A program made the position numbers and the translations under genes. The notes under the pieces are model-generated. The model saw nothing but the letters and a program-made list of their open reading frames with translations, made no database searches and was not told the origin of the DNA. This document shows positions 1 to 8,948 of a DNA stretch of 64,000 nt, in pieces (within the stretch, counting starts at the first letter, position 1; each line of letters opens with the position of its first letter). Location: the IMG/VR virus record IMGVR_UViG_3300028906_000001, positions 7,716 to 71,715 of that record, one strand, 5' to 3'. The DNA comes from a virus (lineage: Duplodnaviria > Caudoviricetes).

Positions 1-1226
1 CGTGGGGGACGCCCGGCGATTTTGACCGGTGTGTGGCCGAGCTCGGCAAGTACATCAAGGACCCGCAGGGCTACTGCAACCTCGCGCACCACGCGGCCCT
101 CGGCATCTGGCCCGCGCAGCACGCGGCAATGGAGAAGAAGGCGACCGGGAGGTCCACGGTGACGGTTACCCAGCGAGCCCAGATGGCGGCAGCGGACATC
201 AACGACCTCCCGGACGCCGCCTTCGCGTACATCGCCCCGGGCGGCACGAAAGACGGGTCCGGGAAGACCATCCCACGCAGCAACCGGTACCTGCCGATCC
301 CGGACAAGGCGCACGTTCAGAACGCGCTGGCCCGGCTGCCGCAGACCGACATCCCCGCCGCAGCCAAGGCGTCGGCGCTGACCAAGATCAAGGCCGCTGC
401 CGCGAAGTTCGGAGTCGAAGTGAGCGACGACAGCGGCAACGGCAGCGCGTCCCGCGCGGACCCGGTGTACTTCCGCACCTACGAGCTGGAGGACATCCAC
501 ATCGTCCGCGCCGCGCAGGGTGACAGCACCGGCCGGCTCGTCGAGGCGTACGCCACGGCGTTCAACGCCCCCGCCGAGATCCAGGACTTCGAGGGCCACT
601 ACATCGAAGAGATCGACCCGGCCGCGTTCAACAAGGTCCTCGCCGACATCAGCCGGTCCCGCGCCGGGTTCGGCAAGGTCAAGGTCATGTACAACCACGG
701 GATGACGATCCACGGCACCCCGAGCGAGCGCGGCTCGATGCCGATCGCGACGCCGGTGGACATCCGCCCCGAGGCTCGCGGGCTGCTGACCCTGGCGCGG
801 TACTCCGACACCCCGTTCGCCGACGAGGTCCTGGAGAACATCCGCAACGGGTCGATCACCGCGCAGAGCTTCACCGGCCGGATCGTCCGTTCGGACCCGG
901 AGCTGGCGCGCGGCGACCGGCACCGGCCGCGAGGCGGCCAGCTGACCAGGGTCCGGCGCACCGAGCTGGGCCTGAAAGAGTTCGGCCCGACGCCTTTCGA
1001 GGCGTACAGCGGCGCCGAGATCCTCGGCGTCCGCATGTCCACTCCCGGCGCCTTCGGCGCCCCGGAGCCGGACGAGACCTATGAGGCACTTCCCCCCGAT
1101 GGTGAAGCCGCCGCCGGTGAGCCGCCCCCGCAAGGAGACGAGGGGCACTCGGCCCGGTATCACCAGCACGCCCTCTACGCCCTCCGCTCCAAGGAGGCAC
1201 GGGAACGGGTCGGGCTGGTCTGGTAA
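1..1226 (+). CDS. HK97-type prohead (capsid maturation) protease with N-terminal extra domains; 5' end lies outside the window
   Basis: Frame is open from nt 3 (WGTPGDFDRCVAELGKY...GYCNLAHHAALGIWP). It then has a DUF6582-like segment (DLPDAAFAY...DKAHVQNALARL) and a protease domain (VEAYATAFN...FEGHYIEEIDPAAF...VMYNHG...SQSF-type AQSFTG...ELGLKEFGPTPFEAY). Directly upstream of the capsid gene. Confidence 0.88.
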   Translation, partial: WGTPGDFDRCVAELGKYIKDPQGYCNLAHHAALGIWPAQHAAMEKKATGRSTVTVTQRAQMAAADINDLPDAAFAYIAPGGTKDGSGKTIPRSNRYLPIPDKAHVQNALARLPQTDIPAAAKASALTKIKAAAAKFGVEVSDDSGNGSASRADPVYFRTYELEDIHIVRAAQGDSTGRLVEAYATAFNAPAEIQDFEGHYIEEIDPAAFNKVLADISRSRAGFGKVKVMYNHGMTIHGTPSERGSMPIATPVDIRPEARGLLTLARYSDTPFADEVLENIRNGSITAQSFTGRIVRSDPELARGDRHRPRGGQLTRVRRTELGLKEFGPTPFEAYSGAEILGVRMSTPGAFGAPEPDETYEALPPDGEAAAGEPPPQGDEGHSARYHQHALYALRSKEARERVGLVW

Positions 1227-1249
1227 CCAGACCGGAAGGACGTGGCACA

Positions 1250-2692
1250 TTGGCCACGCTGCAGGAATACCTCGACGAGATGGCGAGGATCAAGAACGAG
1301 CTCCAGCGGATGGAGAACTCCGAGGAGATCACCGAGGAAGCCGACGGCGACTACCGCGACAGCCTCCTGACCCGCTGGGAGGAGCTCGACGGGAAGTCCA
1401 AGCCGCTCATCGAGCGGATGGAGAAGATCCGCGGGATCACCCGCGCCGCCGACGACGAGGGCAACCTCGAGCGGCCCGACAGCGCCGGGAACGGCGCCGG
1501 CGACGGGCGTTCCGGCGGCTCCTACCGCGGCAGCGGCCCGGACCTGGTGACCAGCAGGTACCGCAACCCGTACGAGGACCTGGACGCGGTCCGGCACCAC
1601 ACCGTCCGCACCCCCGAGCTGCGCGGGCGGGCGTTCGACTCCATCGAGCTGGAGGTCAAGCGCGGCAACCTGGCCGCCGAGTTCGCGGAGAACGCGACCA
1701 GGATGGTACAGGAGAACCCGGGCACCCTCGGCCGCGGCGTCGCCGAGCACATGCTGCTCACCGGCTCCGAGGAATACCAGGACGCGTTCCGGTCCTACAT
1801 CGAGGACCCGCAGGGGCAGGCCCAGCGCGCCGCGCTGTCCCTCACCCTGGCCAACGGCGGGTACCTCCTCCCGTACGTACTGGACCCGACGATCATCCTG
1901 ACGAACACCGGCTCCGCGAACCCGTGGCGGCGGATCAGCAACGTCAAGCAGACAACCTCGAACACGTGGAACGGCGTCACGTCGGCCGGGGTCAACGCGG
2001 CGTGGCTCACTGAAGGAACCATCGCCACCGACTCCACCCCGACCGTGGGGAACGTCCAGATCACCCCGCAGAAGGCGGCGGCCTGGGTGTTCGGCTCGTA
2101 CGAGGTCCTGGAGGACACCGACTTCGGGCAGCAGCTCCCCCGCCTCCTCGCGGACGCCAAGGACCGGCTCGAGGAAGCCGCGTTCGCCACCGGCGCCGGA
2201 TCCGGCGGCGTCCCCGGCGGCGTCATCACCGGCGCGACCACCGTCGTCACCACGGCCACGACGCTGGTCATCGCCGTCGGCGACATCTACGCCGTCCAGG
2301 GTGCGCTGCCCCCCCGGTTCCGCAACGCCCCGGGCTGCGCGTGGGTCGCGAACGTCGCGATCATCAACAAGTTCCGGCAGCTCGACACCGCCGGCGGCGC
2401 GTCGTTCTGGACGAACCTCGGCAAGGGGCAGCCGGAGACGCTGCTCGGCGCCCCGATCTACGAGTCCACCACGATGTCCGGCGTCACCTCCGTCGGCAGC
2501 CTCGAAGCCGTCATGGGCGACTTCGGGCAGTTCATCGTGGTCGACCGCGTGGGAGTCAGCCTGATCTACGAGCCTCTCGTCAAGCAGACGGGCGGCATTC
2601 TCCCGGGCGGCCAGGCCGGCTGGTTCATGTTCTGGCGGACCGGGTCGCAGGTGGCGGTACCCAACGCTTTCCGCGTGATGAAGGGGTTGTAA
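1250..2692 (+). CDS. Major capsid protein, HK97 fold
   Basis: 480 aa with coiled-coil delta domain, NGGYLLPYVLDPTII, AAWLTEG, FGDF-type MGDFGQFIVVDRVG and C-terminal AFRVMK. Follows the protease. Confidence 0.95.
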   Translation: MATLQEYLDEMARIKNELQRMENSEEITEEADGDYRDSLLTRWEELDGKSKPLIERMEKIRGITRAADDEGNLERPDSAGNGAGDGRSGGSYRGSGPDLVTSRYRNPYEDLDAVRHHTVRTPELRGRAFDSIELEVKRGNLAAEFAENATRMVQENPGTLGRGVAEHMLLTGSEEYQDAFRSYIEDPQGQAQRAALSLTLANGGYLLPYVLDPTIILTNTGSANPWRRISNVKQTTSNTWNGVTSAGVNAAWLTEGTIATDSTPTVGNVQITPQKAAAWVFGSYEVLEDTDFGQQLPRLLADAKDRLEEAAFATGAGSGGVPGGVITGATTVVTTATTLVIAVGDIYAVQGALPPRFRNAPGCAWVANVAIINKFRQLDTAGGASFWTNLGKGQPETLLGAPIYESTTMSGVTSVGSLEAVMGDFGQFIVVDRVGVSLIYEPLVKQTGGILPGGQAGWFMFWRTGSQVAVPNAFRVMKGL

Positions 2693-2737
2693 AGGGAACC
2701 GTTTCTCCAGAATGTGAAATGCGATAGAATTCCATGA

Positions 2738-3958
2738 ATGGCCCCGGTGACGGGTCTGTATCCCTATGCGGACCCGTCACCGGTCATAGGGAGGCCGGAA
2801 ATGGAGACGTGGCACGTTTATCAGCTTCGCAGCGACGCCGAACTGCTGTATGTCGGCTACACGCGGCGTCTGAGGAGCAGGATCGGTGACCACCGGCGCC
2901 AGAAGCCGTGGTGGCCGGAGGTGGCTGAGGTCTGGTCGGAGGAGTTCGCGACCGAGGACGATGCACGGCAGCGCGAGAAGGAACTCTGGGTAGCCGAGCG
3001 CCCGAAGTACAACAAGCGCAACCCGTTCCGGACGCCTGAAGAAATGCTGGAGAACAGGCAGACGTATTACCGGACGCCTGAGTATCGACAGCATCACCGC
3101 GAAAGGCATCGGGTGCTCTACCGCCAGATACCTGAATTCCGGGAACGCGTGAAAGAGCGGGCACGTAAAAGCAGGAGGCTGCGGAAAGGACTGCCGCAGA
3201 CGGGTCCGGGCCTGTTCTTATCTGAAGGAAGTGGTTATCATCGCCGCACGCTATTGTCTGCAGACCCACGTCATGCAGTACAACCTCGCGCCCCCGTCGA
3301 CGCTGGCCGCGTCGCCGAACGTGGGCGGCGGCAGTTTCGCGGCGGCCACGTACTTCTGGAAGGTCACCGGCAGCAACGCGGCGGGCGAGACGACCGGCAG
3401 CAACGAGGCTACGGCCGCGGTCGCGCTGAACGGGACGGCGTCGCTGACATGGGCGGCGCTCCCCGCCGGGACCACGGCCGTGAAGGTGTACCGCGGCACG
3501 GTGACGAACACGGAGAACGTGCTGGTCGCGACCCTCGGCGCGGTGGTGGCCTACACCGACACCGGGACCGCCGGGGTGGCCGGCGTGCCGCCGGCGGTGA
3601 GCACGGCGGTGGTGGCGTCGATCCTGACGATGGAGGGCGCGCAGCGGGATTCCGCCCACCCCGTCGTCGTGGCGGCCCCGGCGCTGTTCTCGGTGACGGC
3701 GCCGGTGACGGGCCAGGGTCACGTGAGCCCCGGGCTGGCGCAGTATCTCACCGTTCACGCGGCCGGACCGGAATTCTAGGAGCCCGGACTAGCCCCACGC
3801 ACGCTGGTAGGCGCTCACAAGCCACTTGTCCGCCGCCTCGTAGTCCGGCTTCTCCGGCAGCGGCGAGGTTGTCAGCAGTTCCTCGATCCGGCGCTCGCAC
3901 TCCCCGGCCATCTCCAGCGCTTCCTGCATGCTGTGTTGGCCGGTGCGCAGTTCCCTGA
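2738..3958 (+). CDS. GIY-YIG endonuclease (about the first 160 aa); the frame runs on without a stop
   Basis: VYQLRS...LLYVGYTRRLRSRIGDH...KPWWPEV...E..PKYN. Lower-GC insert. The last ~240 codons look like read-through over the next gene. Confidence 0.7.
   Translation: MAPVTGLYPYADPSPVIGRPEMETWHVYQLRSDAELLYVGYTRRLRSRIGDHRRQKPWWPEVAEVWSEEFATEDDARQREKELWVAERPKYNKRNPFRTPEEMLENRQTYYRTPEYRQHHRERHRVLYRQIPEFRERVKERARKSRRLRKGLPQTGPGLFLSEGSGYHRRTLLSADPRHAVQPRAPVDAGRVAERGRRQFRGGHVLLEGHRQQRGGRDDRQQRGYGRGRAERDGVADMGGAPRRDHGREGVPRHGDEHGERAGRDPRRGGGLHRHRDRRGGRRAAGGEHGGGGVDPDDGGRAAGFRPPRRRGGPGAVLGDGAGDGPGSREPRAGAVSHRSRGRTGILGARTSPTHAGRRSQATCPPPRSPASPAAARLSAVPRSGARTPRPSPALPACCVGRCAVP
3231..3779 (+). CDS. 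Putative head decoration / virion beta-sandwich protein
   Basis: TYFWKVTGSNAAGETTGS...SLTWAA...VKVYRG...YTDTG, an FnIII/Ig-like pattern. Immediately after the capsid gene. Confidence 0.6.
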   Translation: MVIIAARYCLQTHVMQYNLAPPSTLAASPNVGGGSFAAATYFWKVTGSNAAGETTGSNEATAAVALNGTASLTWAALPAGTTAVKVYRGTVTNTENVLVATLGAVVAYTDTGTAGVAGVPPAVSTAVVASILTMEGAQRDSAHPVVVAAPALFSVTAPVTGQGHVSPGLAQYLTVHAAGPEF

Positions 3959-4586
3959 TCCACGTCCGCTCCGGCTCGGGAACGGGCAGCGTGATGTGGC
4001 CGGTCCTCAGCAGCTCCACGCCTTGCAGCCCGAGCCGGACCATGTGGCCGCAGAACTTCGTGTCGAAGCCGTAAGCCGCGATCAACTCGGGGCGGGTCAC
4101 GTCGCGGCCCTTACCTTCCCGTGACAGCAAGGAGCGGCGCTGGGCTTCGAGGTAGCCGGCGAAGCGGCGCCCGGCCTGGCGGGACAGGATGACCGATCGC
4201 ATGCCGCGGAGCTCATGGCCGAGCGGCGTGCACTGCACGATGTCCCCGGCGTTGACGAACAGCGGCAGCAGGATCGTCGGGTTGCCGGCCAGTGCGAGGC
4301 GCATCCACTTGCGGAGGCTGTAGACGGTCAGGTCCAGGTCGCCGGGGCCGCTCCGGTGGCCTTCGGGCTGGCTGCGGTAGATGTACTGGTCGAACTGGCG
4401 CAGTCCGATCACGTACTCGGGCGGCTCGGTGCAGATGCCCATCTCGTCGCGGTCGTCCTGCGCCGCGATCGACAGGCCGTGGACACCCGAGCCGACCAGG
4501 CAGCGGAGGATGGTCCCGGTTCCGGCGATGTGGCGGAATTCCCCGCGGGCGTGCTTGCCGCCGCTCGGCGTGGCGCCTGTGCTCAT
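3789..4586 (-). CDS. Pol-beta superfamily nucleotidyltransferase (PF10127/RlaP-like), antisense moron
   Basis: LVGSGVHGLS...DDRDEMG, YSLRKWMRLALAGNPTILLPLF, FAGYLEAQ, GFDTKF..HMVRLG.QG.ELL.TG.I.LP. Confidence 0.85.
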   Translation of the reverse strand: MSTGATPSGGKHARGEFRHIAGTGTILRCLVGSGVHGLSIAAQDDRDEMGICTEPPEYVIGLRQFDQYIYRSQPEGHRSGPGDLDLTVYSLRKWMRLALAGNPTILLPLFVNAGDIVQCTPLGHELRGMRSVILSRQAGRRFAGYLEAQRRSLLSREGKGRDVTRPELIAAYGFDTKFCGHMVRLGLQGVELLRTGHITLPVPEPERTWIRELRTGQHSMQEALEMAGECERRIEELLTTSPLPEKPDYEAADKWLVSAYQRAWG

Positions 4587-4610
4587 ATCCGAACTTTAAG
4601 GGAGGCTTAG

Positions 4611-4892
4611 ATGGCGCAGCGGCAGCCGCCGATGCAGGCGACGGACACGTTCGTGGCGACGATGGAGGACGGGTCGGACCACCTGGTGACGAAAGGCCAG
4701 GTGCTGCCGTTCGGGCATCCGCTGGTGAAGCGGGACCGGGACGGGTCCGGGACGCTGTTCCGGCCGCTGGACCTGGGCGCCGAGGACGAGCCCGACGAGG
4801 AGCCCAAAAGCGGGCCGGAGGCTAAGGCGCCGCAGGAGCCGGTGAAGGCCCCGCCCGCGCGGGCCGCGGGGAAGGCCGCGGCTCGTGGCTGA
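4611..4892 (+). CDS. Small post-capsid hypothetical protein
   Basis: Good RBS (agggagg). Pattern FVA...VTKG..LP.GHPLV...LF plus a K/A/E-rich tail. Confidence 0.7.
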   Translation: MAQRQPPMQATDTFVATMEDGSDHLVTKGQVLPFGHPLVKRDRDGSGTLFRPLDLGAEDEPDEEPKSGPEAKAPQEPVKAPPARAAGKAAARG

Positions 4893-5430
4893 CATCATCT
4901 ACGGTTCCCCGGCGGACGCGCCGCGGATGCCCGCGGCGCCGGGCTCCGGGCCCGCGCCGGTGCCGTACGGCGGCCCGGACCTGCAGCCTGAACCGCCGGA
5001 CTACGCCGCGGAGATGGGGCCGCTGTCCGACCTGGCCGCGGACATCATGTCCGGCGTGGCGGGGCTGGGCACTACGGAGTCGCCCGCGGCGCACGACGTG
5101 AACGCGGGTACCGTCGACGCGCCGTACTACCCGGGCCCGCTGTCGCCCGTCAACGCGATGGGCGACGACGACGCCGGGGGCCGCGATGACGTGGCCGGCA
5201 CCGTGGCCGGGGCGGTCGCGAACGCGACCGGCCGCTGGCAGGAGTTCCAGGGCGACACCTACGGCCAGGGTTCCACGTACGGCGATCTGATGACGTTCCC
5301 GCCAGACCCGCTCGACCCGGGCGCGGTCGGCGGCCTGAAGGGCGGCACCGACCCGGCCGGGGCGTTTTTCGACCCGCCGCGCGGCGGTGCGCCGGAAACC
5401 TGGGCCAACACCGGCAACGAGCCGGCCTGA
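4885..5430 (+). CDS. Acidic Gly/Pro/Asp-rich hypothetical protein
   Basis: 181 aa, coupled to neighbours, low complexity. Confidence 0.65.
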   Translation: MADIIYGSPADAPRMPAAPGSGPAPVPYGGPDLQPEPPDYAAEMGPLSDLAADIMSGVAGLGTTESPAAHDVNAGTVDAPYYPGPLSPVNAMGDDDAGGRDDVAGTVAGAVANATGRWQEFQGDTYGQGSTYGDLMTFPPDPLDPGAVGGLKGGTDPAGAFFDPPRGGAPETWANTGNEPA

Positions 5431-5646
5431 GTGCACTGGCTGCCGCACGTCCTGGGCCTGGATAACGCCTCCGGCCGCTGGTACCTGTTCTGGTCCGGCG
5501 CAGGCTCGGACCTGGGCGAGCTGACGATCGTCGTGGTGCTGTGGCATCACCTGAACTGCCACGAGCCCAGGTGCTGGCGCCCGGCGCGGCACATGCTCGG
5601 CGGCTACTGCCGAAGGCACGTCAAGAAGGAGCGCAGTGATGTCTGA
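5431..5646 (+). CDS. Small membrane protein with a Cys/His tail
   Basis: Hydrophobic segment followed by C-H-E-P-R-C...C-R-R-H. Confidence 0.6.
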   Translation: MHWLPHVLGLDNASGRWYLFWSGAGSDLGELTIVVVLWHHLNCHEPRCWRPARHMLGGYCRRHVKKERSDV

Positions 5647-6178
5647 GTTTTTCCAGGGCCTTGACCCGGCCGGCGCACCTGACCCGGTGACCCCGGCTGA
5701 CGGCCCGGGCGACGCGGCCGGGTGGGCGCAGGTCACGCCGGACGGCCAGGGCACCGCGCCGTACGACATCAGCGCGCCGCAGGACATCGACGGGATCGGC
5801 GCGGCCGCGCAGGCGGCGATGGGCCTGTCCGGCGGCGGGGAAGGCGCCGGGCCCGGCGCGGGCATCCCGGACCGGGACAGCCCCCGGCAGCAGGAGTCGG
5901 AGGCGCTGCTGATGTCCCCGGCGGGCGCCCCGGCGATGAACGTGCTGGCCGGGTTCCCCGACTACGAGTCCGCCGACATCAGCCCGGGCGAGAACATGGA
6001 GAACCCGGTCCAGGGCGACGGCGACTACCCCGGCACGACGCAGGACGGCATCCCGCAGTACGGCGCCGACGAGGGCGGACCGGTGCCGGGCGCGCCTCCC
6101 GGCGGCAGCATGGACACGCCCGGCGGGAACTACCCGGGCACCACGCAGTCCGGGCTGCCCGTGTACGGCACCAGCTGA
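5636..6178 (+). CDS. Acidic Gly/Pro/Asp-rich hypothetical protein with a duplicated YPGTTQxGxPxYG motif
   Basis: RBS aaggag. Two copies of the motif near the C-terminus. Confidence 0.65.
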   Translation: MMSEFFQGLDPAGAPDPVTPADGPGDAAGWAQVTPDGQGTAPYDISAPQDIDGIGAAAQAAMGLSGGGEGAGPGAGIPDRDSPRQQESEALLMSPAGAPAMNVLAGFPDYESADISPGENMENPVQGDGDYPGTTQDGIPQYGADEGGPVPGAPPGGSMDTPGGNYPGTTQSGLPVYGTS

Positions 6179-6214
6179 GCGGCGCAGGAGCCTGACGGAG
6201 GGCCGCCGCGCCGG

Positions 6215-6463
6215 TCACAGAAGCCGGACAAGCTGAGCCTCCTTCGCCTGGCGGTCCCGGACCAGCAGGTCATTCCCCGCCTTGAGCTGAGCGTCGATGA
6301 ACTCATACAGGCTGATCGCCCGGTTGACGATATCGGTCTTGGACAGGCCGGTGCGCTCCTGGAGGAGGGCCAGGTCAGCGGCAGCGCCGGGAATCAGCGC
6401 GACGGTGATCCGGTCGGCGCCGGGCACCGGAGGAGCGGGAGCGGACGGGGCGATCCTGGGCAT
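6215..6463 (-). CDS. Ribbon-helix-helix (CopG-like) DNA-binding protein, copy 1
   Basis: RITVAL...L..LQERTGLSKTDIVNRAISLYEF. Paralog of 60941..61168. Confidence 0.75.
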   Translation of the reverse strand: MPRIAPSAPAPPVPGADRITVALIPGAAADLALLQERTGLSKTDIVNRAISLYEFIDAQLKAGNDLLVRDRQAKEAQLVRLL

Positions 6464-6552
6464 GCCGCCATTTTACAGCAATTGCGCATCCGTTTCATGT
6501 CTCCCATACAGTACTTATGCAGTTAATTCACGGGGAAGTGACAATAGCGACG

Positions 6553-7221
6553 ATGCCGCACGGCCGCACGCCCCCGGAGCGCATCGCGGTCGGCTACGTC
6601 CACGGCGGCACGGTCCGCGCGGAGTTCCTCGCGTCGCTGCTGGCCGTGGCCCGCAAGAGCGGCGGCGTGCGGGCCGACGTGTTCCTGGCCGCGCCGTCCG
6701 GCCCTAACATCTCCGAGGCCCGGAACCTGATCGTCCGCCGGTTCCTCGGGGAATGCCGCGCCCCGTGGCTCCTCATGATCGACACGGACATGGTGTTCAC
6801 CCCCTCCGACGTGGACCGGCTGGTGACGGCGGCCGATCCGCTCCGGCGTCCCGTCCTGGGTGCCCTGTGCTACGCCCAGGACGGGACCACCGGGGAGAAG
6901 CAGCCCACGATGTACGAGCTCGTGCAGGAACCTGACGGCGGCCAGGTCGGGTTCGCCCGGTACAAGGTCTGGCCGCGGGACGCGTGCATGCCGGTCAGCG
7001 CGACCGGGGCCGCATTCCTGCTGATGCACCGCGACGCCCTGACGACGGTGGAGAAGGCGTCCGGGGGCCCGGCGGCGCCGTGGTTCCGCGAGAGCGTGAT
7101 CGGGTCGGCGCTCGTCGGGGAGGACATGACGTTCTGCCTGCGCGCCGGCGCGGCCGGGATCCCGGTGCATGTGCACACAGGGATCAAGGTCGGCCACGTC
7201 AAGACGGTGATCCTGATCTAG
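6553..7221 (+). CDS. Glycosyltransferase, GT2-like (GT-A fold)
   Basis: SGPNISEARNLIVRRFL, WLLMIDTDMVF (DxD), ATGAAFLLMHR, GEDMTFCLRA, VHTGIKVGHVK. Confidence 0.85.
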   Translation: MPHGRTPPERIAVGYVHGGTVRAEFLASLLAVARKSGGVRADVFLAAPSGPNISEARNLIVRRFLGECRAPWLLMIDTDMVFTPSDVDRLVTAADPLRRPVLGALCYAQDGTTGEKQPTMYELVQEPDGGQVGFARYKVWPRDACMPVSATGAAFLLMHRDALTTVEKASGGPAAPWFRESVIGSALVGEDMTFCLRAGAAGIPVHVHTGIKVGHVKTVILI

Positions 7222-7493
7222 GGGGCGCGCTCCCCTTCATCGAGGGTCCTCGTCCACCTCAGCCCCACGGACAGCCGCACCGTGTCTCGCGGCCCGGCGG
7301 CCCTGTCGGTGGTGATGTAGCCGCCCTGGACGAGCCCCATGCCGTCCTCGCCGAATACCGCCACCGGCTCGTTGCGGAACACCGGGCACGGTCCCGGCGC
7401 CTCCGCGGTCACCACGAGCTCGCCGCCGAGCAGCGCGAGGCTGACGACCGGGAACCTGCGCCCGGCCACGACCAGCATCCCCATGTCCCTCAC
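7218..7493 (-). CDS. Hypothetical protein (antisense moron)
   Basis: GTG start 7 nt after TATCGT. Convergent with the glycosyltransferase. Confidence 0.5.
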   Translation of the reverse strand: MRDMGMLVVAGRRFPVVSLALLGGELVVTAEAPGPCPVFRNEPVAVFGEDGMGLVQGGYITTDRAAGPRDTVRLSVGLRWTRTLDEGERAP

Positions 7494-7517
7494 GCTGCCC
7501 ACGATACGGAGGCCGCG

Positions 7518-7843
7518 ATGCACCTGCTCGGGAAGGCCCGGATCGTGCTGCCGCAGTGGGAACCGGATCAGGGCTGGCGGGTGCTGGACCCGGACGGCCA
7601 CCAGGTCGACGCCGGGGGCCAGACGATCATCACGGCCACTATCGAGTTCACGCACAAGTTCACGGAACTGTACGGCACCGACGGGAACAGTGTCCCCCTG
7701 CTCGACGGGAGCCGCAGGTGAGCGAGCCGGTGACGGAGGAAACCCCGGCTGGCTGGCTGGTGACCGACCTGGACGGGAACGTCGTCGGAGCCGGGCCTCA
7801 GACGGTGCTGGAAGCGTCCGCGGACGCAGGGCAGGAGCAGTAA
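7518..7843 (+). CDS. Two small related hypothetical proteins (7518..7721 and 7718..7843)
   Basis: RBS ggagg and GTGA coupling. Both carry GW.V.D.DG..V.AG.QT. Confidence 0.55.
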
Positions 7844-8296
7844 ATGGCGGCGATCGACAACACTCAGATCAGCAACATCCTGAACGCGCTGACGCCGACC
7901 GGCGGCACGGCCGGGTTCCCGTCCGCGTTCACCGCGATGGCCGCGGGGATCATGAAGCTGCGGCTCAACTCGACCCTGAGCACGGCGTCGGCGGCGGGGA
8001 CGGAACTCGCCACCCAGACGTCCGGGTACGTCAACGGCACCGGCTGGGCGCTGGGCACCACGAGCTCCACCGCGTCGTCGGCGGGCAGCGCGGTCGGCGT
8101 GCCGTTCATCACCCAGTCGTTCGTGTCGAACGGGTCGCCGACCGCGGTCGTGTCATTCGACCTGGAGTCGTCGGCCAGCGTGCGGGGGTTCTGGGGGCCG
8201 TTCAACGGCCAGCCGGTCAACGTGGCGTCCGGGAACACCTTCCAGGTGGTCGGCGGCTCGGGTGCGGCAGCCGGCATCCAGATCTCCCTGACATGA
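7844..8296 (+). CDS. Virion structural protein (small tail-fibre/'gp80'-like family), paralog of 28028..28486
   Basis: KLRL...GTE....GY...FWG.F..QPVNVASGNTFQV pattern. Confidence 0.6.
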   Translation: MAAIDNTQISNILNALTPTGGTAGFPSAFTAMAAGIMKLRLNSTLSTASAAGTELATQTSGYVNGTGWALGTTSSTASSAGSAVGVPFITQSFVSNGSPTAVVSFDLESSASVRGFWGPFNGQPVNVASGNTFQVVGGSGAAAGIQISLT

Positions 8297-8919
8297 GCGG
8301 CTACACGCCGGTCGGCGCCGAGCTGCTGTATTCATGCTCGCAGGCGTCGACCCCGGTCACGACGCCTACGGTCACGCCGGGCGCGTCCATGACCCCCGGC
8401 CTGCCGCCGATCGCGGTACCCGCCGGGTACATGGCCAACTCCGCCGGGCAGCGCGCGTCGGCGCTGTGCCTGAAGATCTGGGGCCTCCTGGTCGCCACCG
8501 CGACGGTCCCGACGTTCGGTTTCGGGCTGTACTACACCTCGGCGCAGCCGGCGGTGTGGTCTGGCTCTAACACGATGGTCACGTCTACCAGCGCTATCCC
8601 CACGTTCACGGCGGGCACGTATCCGTTCTACGCACAGTGGGACATCGCCTACCGGACGCCTGACCCGCAGGGCAGCCCGGCGACCGGCGTGGTCGTCACG
8701 CAGGGCTTCGTGGAGTGCCCCGGTTTCCCGGCGACGAGCCTGTCCGCCGCGGGCGTGTCCGTCTGCAAGGCGTGGATGCCGCCAGCGGGCACCCTGGGCA
8801 ACGCCACAGCCTGGGATCCCAACCTCCAGTACTACCTGTGGCCGTCGATCTTCTGCGGCGCGGCGACCGCGCTCAACTACGTCACCACCGAGATCGTGAA
8901 GCTGTACGGAGAGAACTGA
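8293..8919 (+). CDS. Putative virion beta-sandwich protein
   Basis: ATGA overlap with the previous gene. Ser/Thr/Gly-rich beta-strand pattern. Confidence 0.6.
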   Translation: MSGYTPVGAELLYSCSQASTPVTTPTVTPGASMTPGLPPIAVPAGYMANSAGQRASALCLKIWGLLVATATVPTFGFGLYYTSAQPAVWSGSNTMVTSTSAIPTFTAGTYPFYAQWDIAYRTPDPQGSPATGVVVTQGFVECPGFPATSLSAAGVSVCKAWMPPAGTLGNATAWDPNLQYYLWPSIFCGAATALNYVTTEIVKLYGEN

Positions 8920-8948
8920 CCGCCTGACCGGAGGGCGGTGAACTCCGC

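Noticed and set aside
2693-3270. Group I intron in the capsid gene carrying the GIY-YIG ORF
   Set aside because: The capsid gene ends normally with a stop at 2692, and no intron core elements were recognised.
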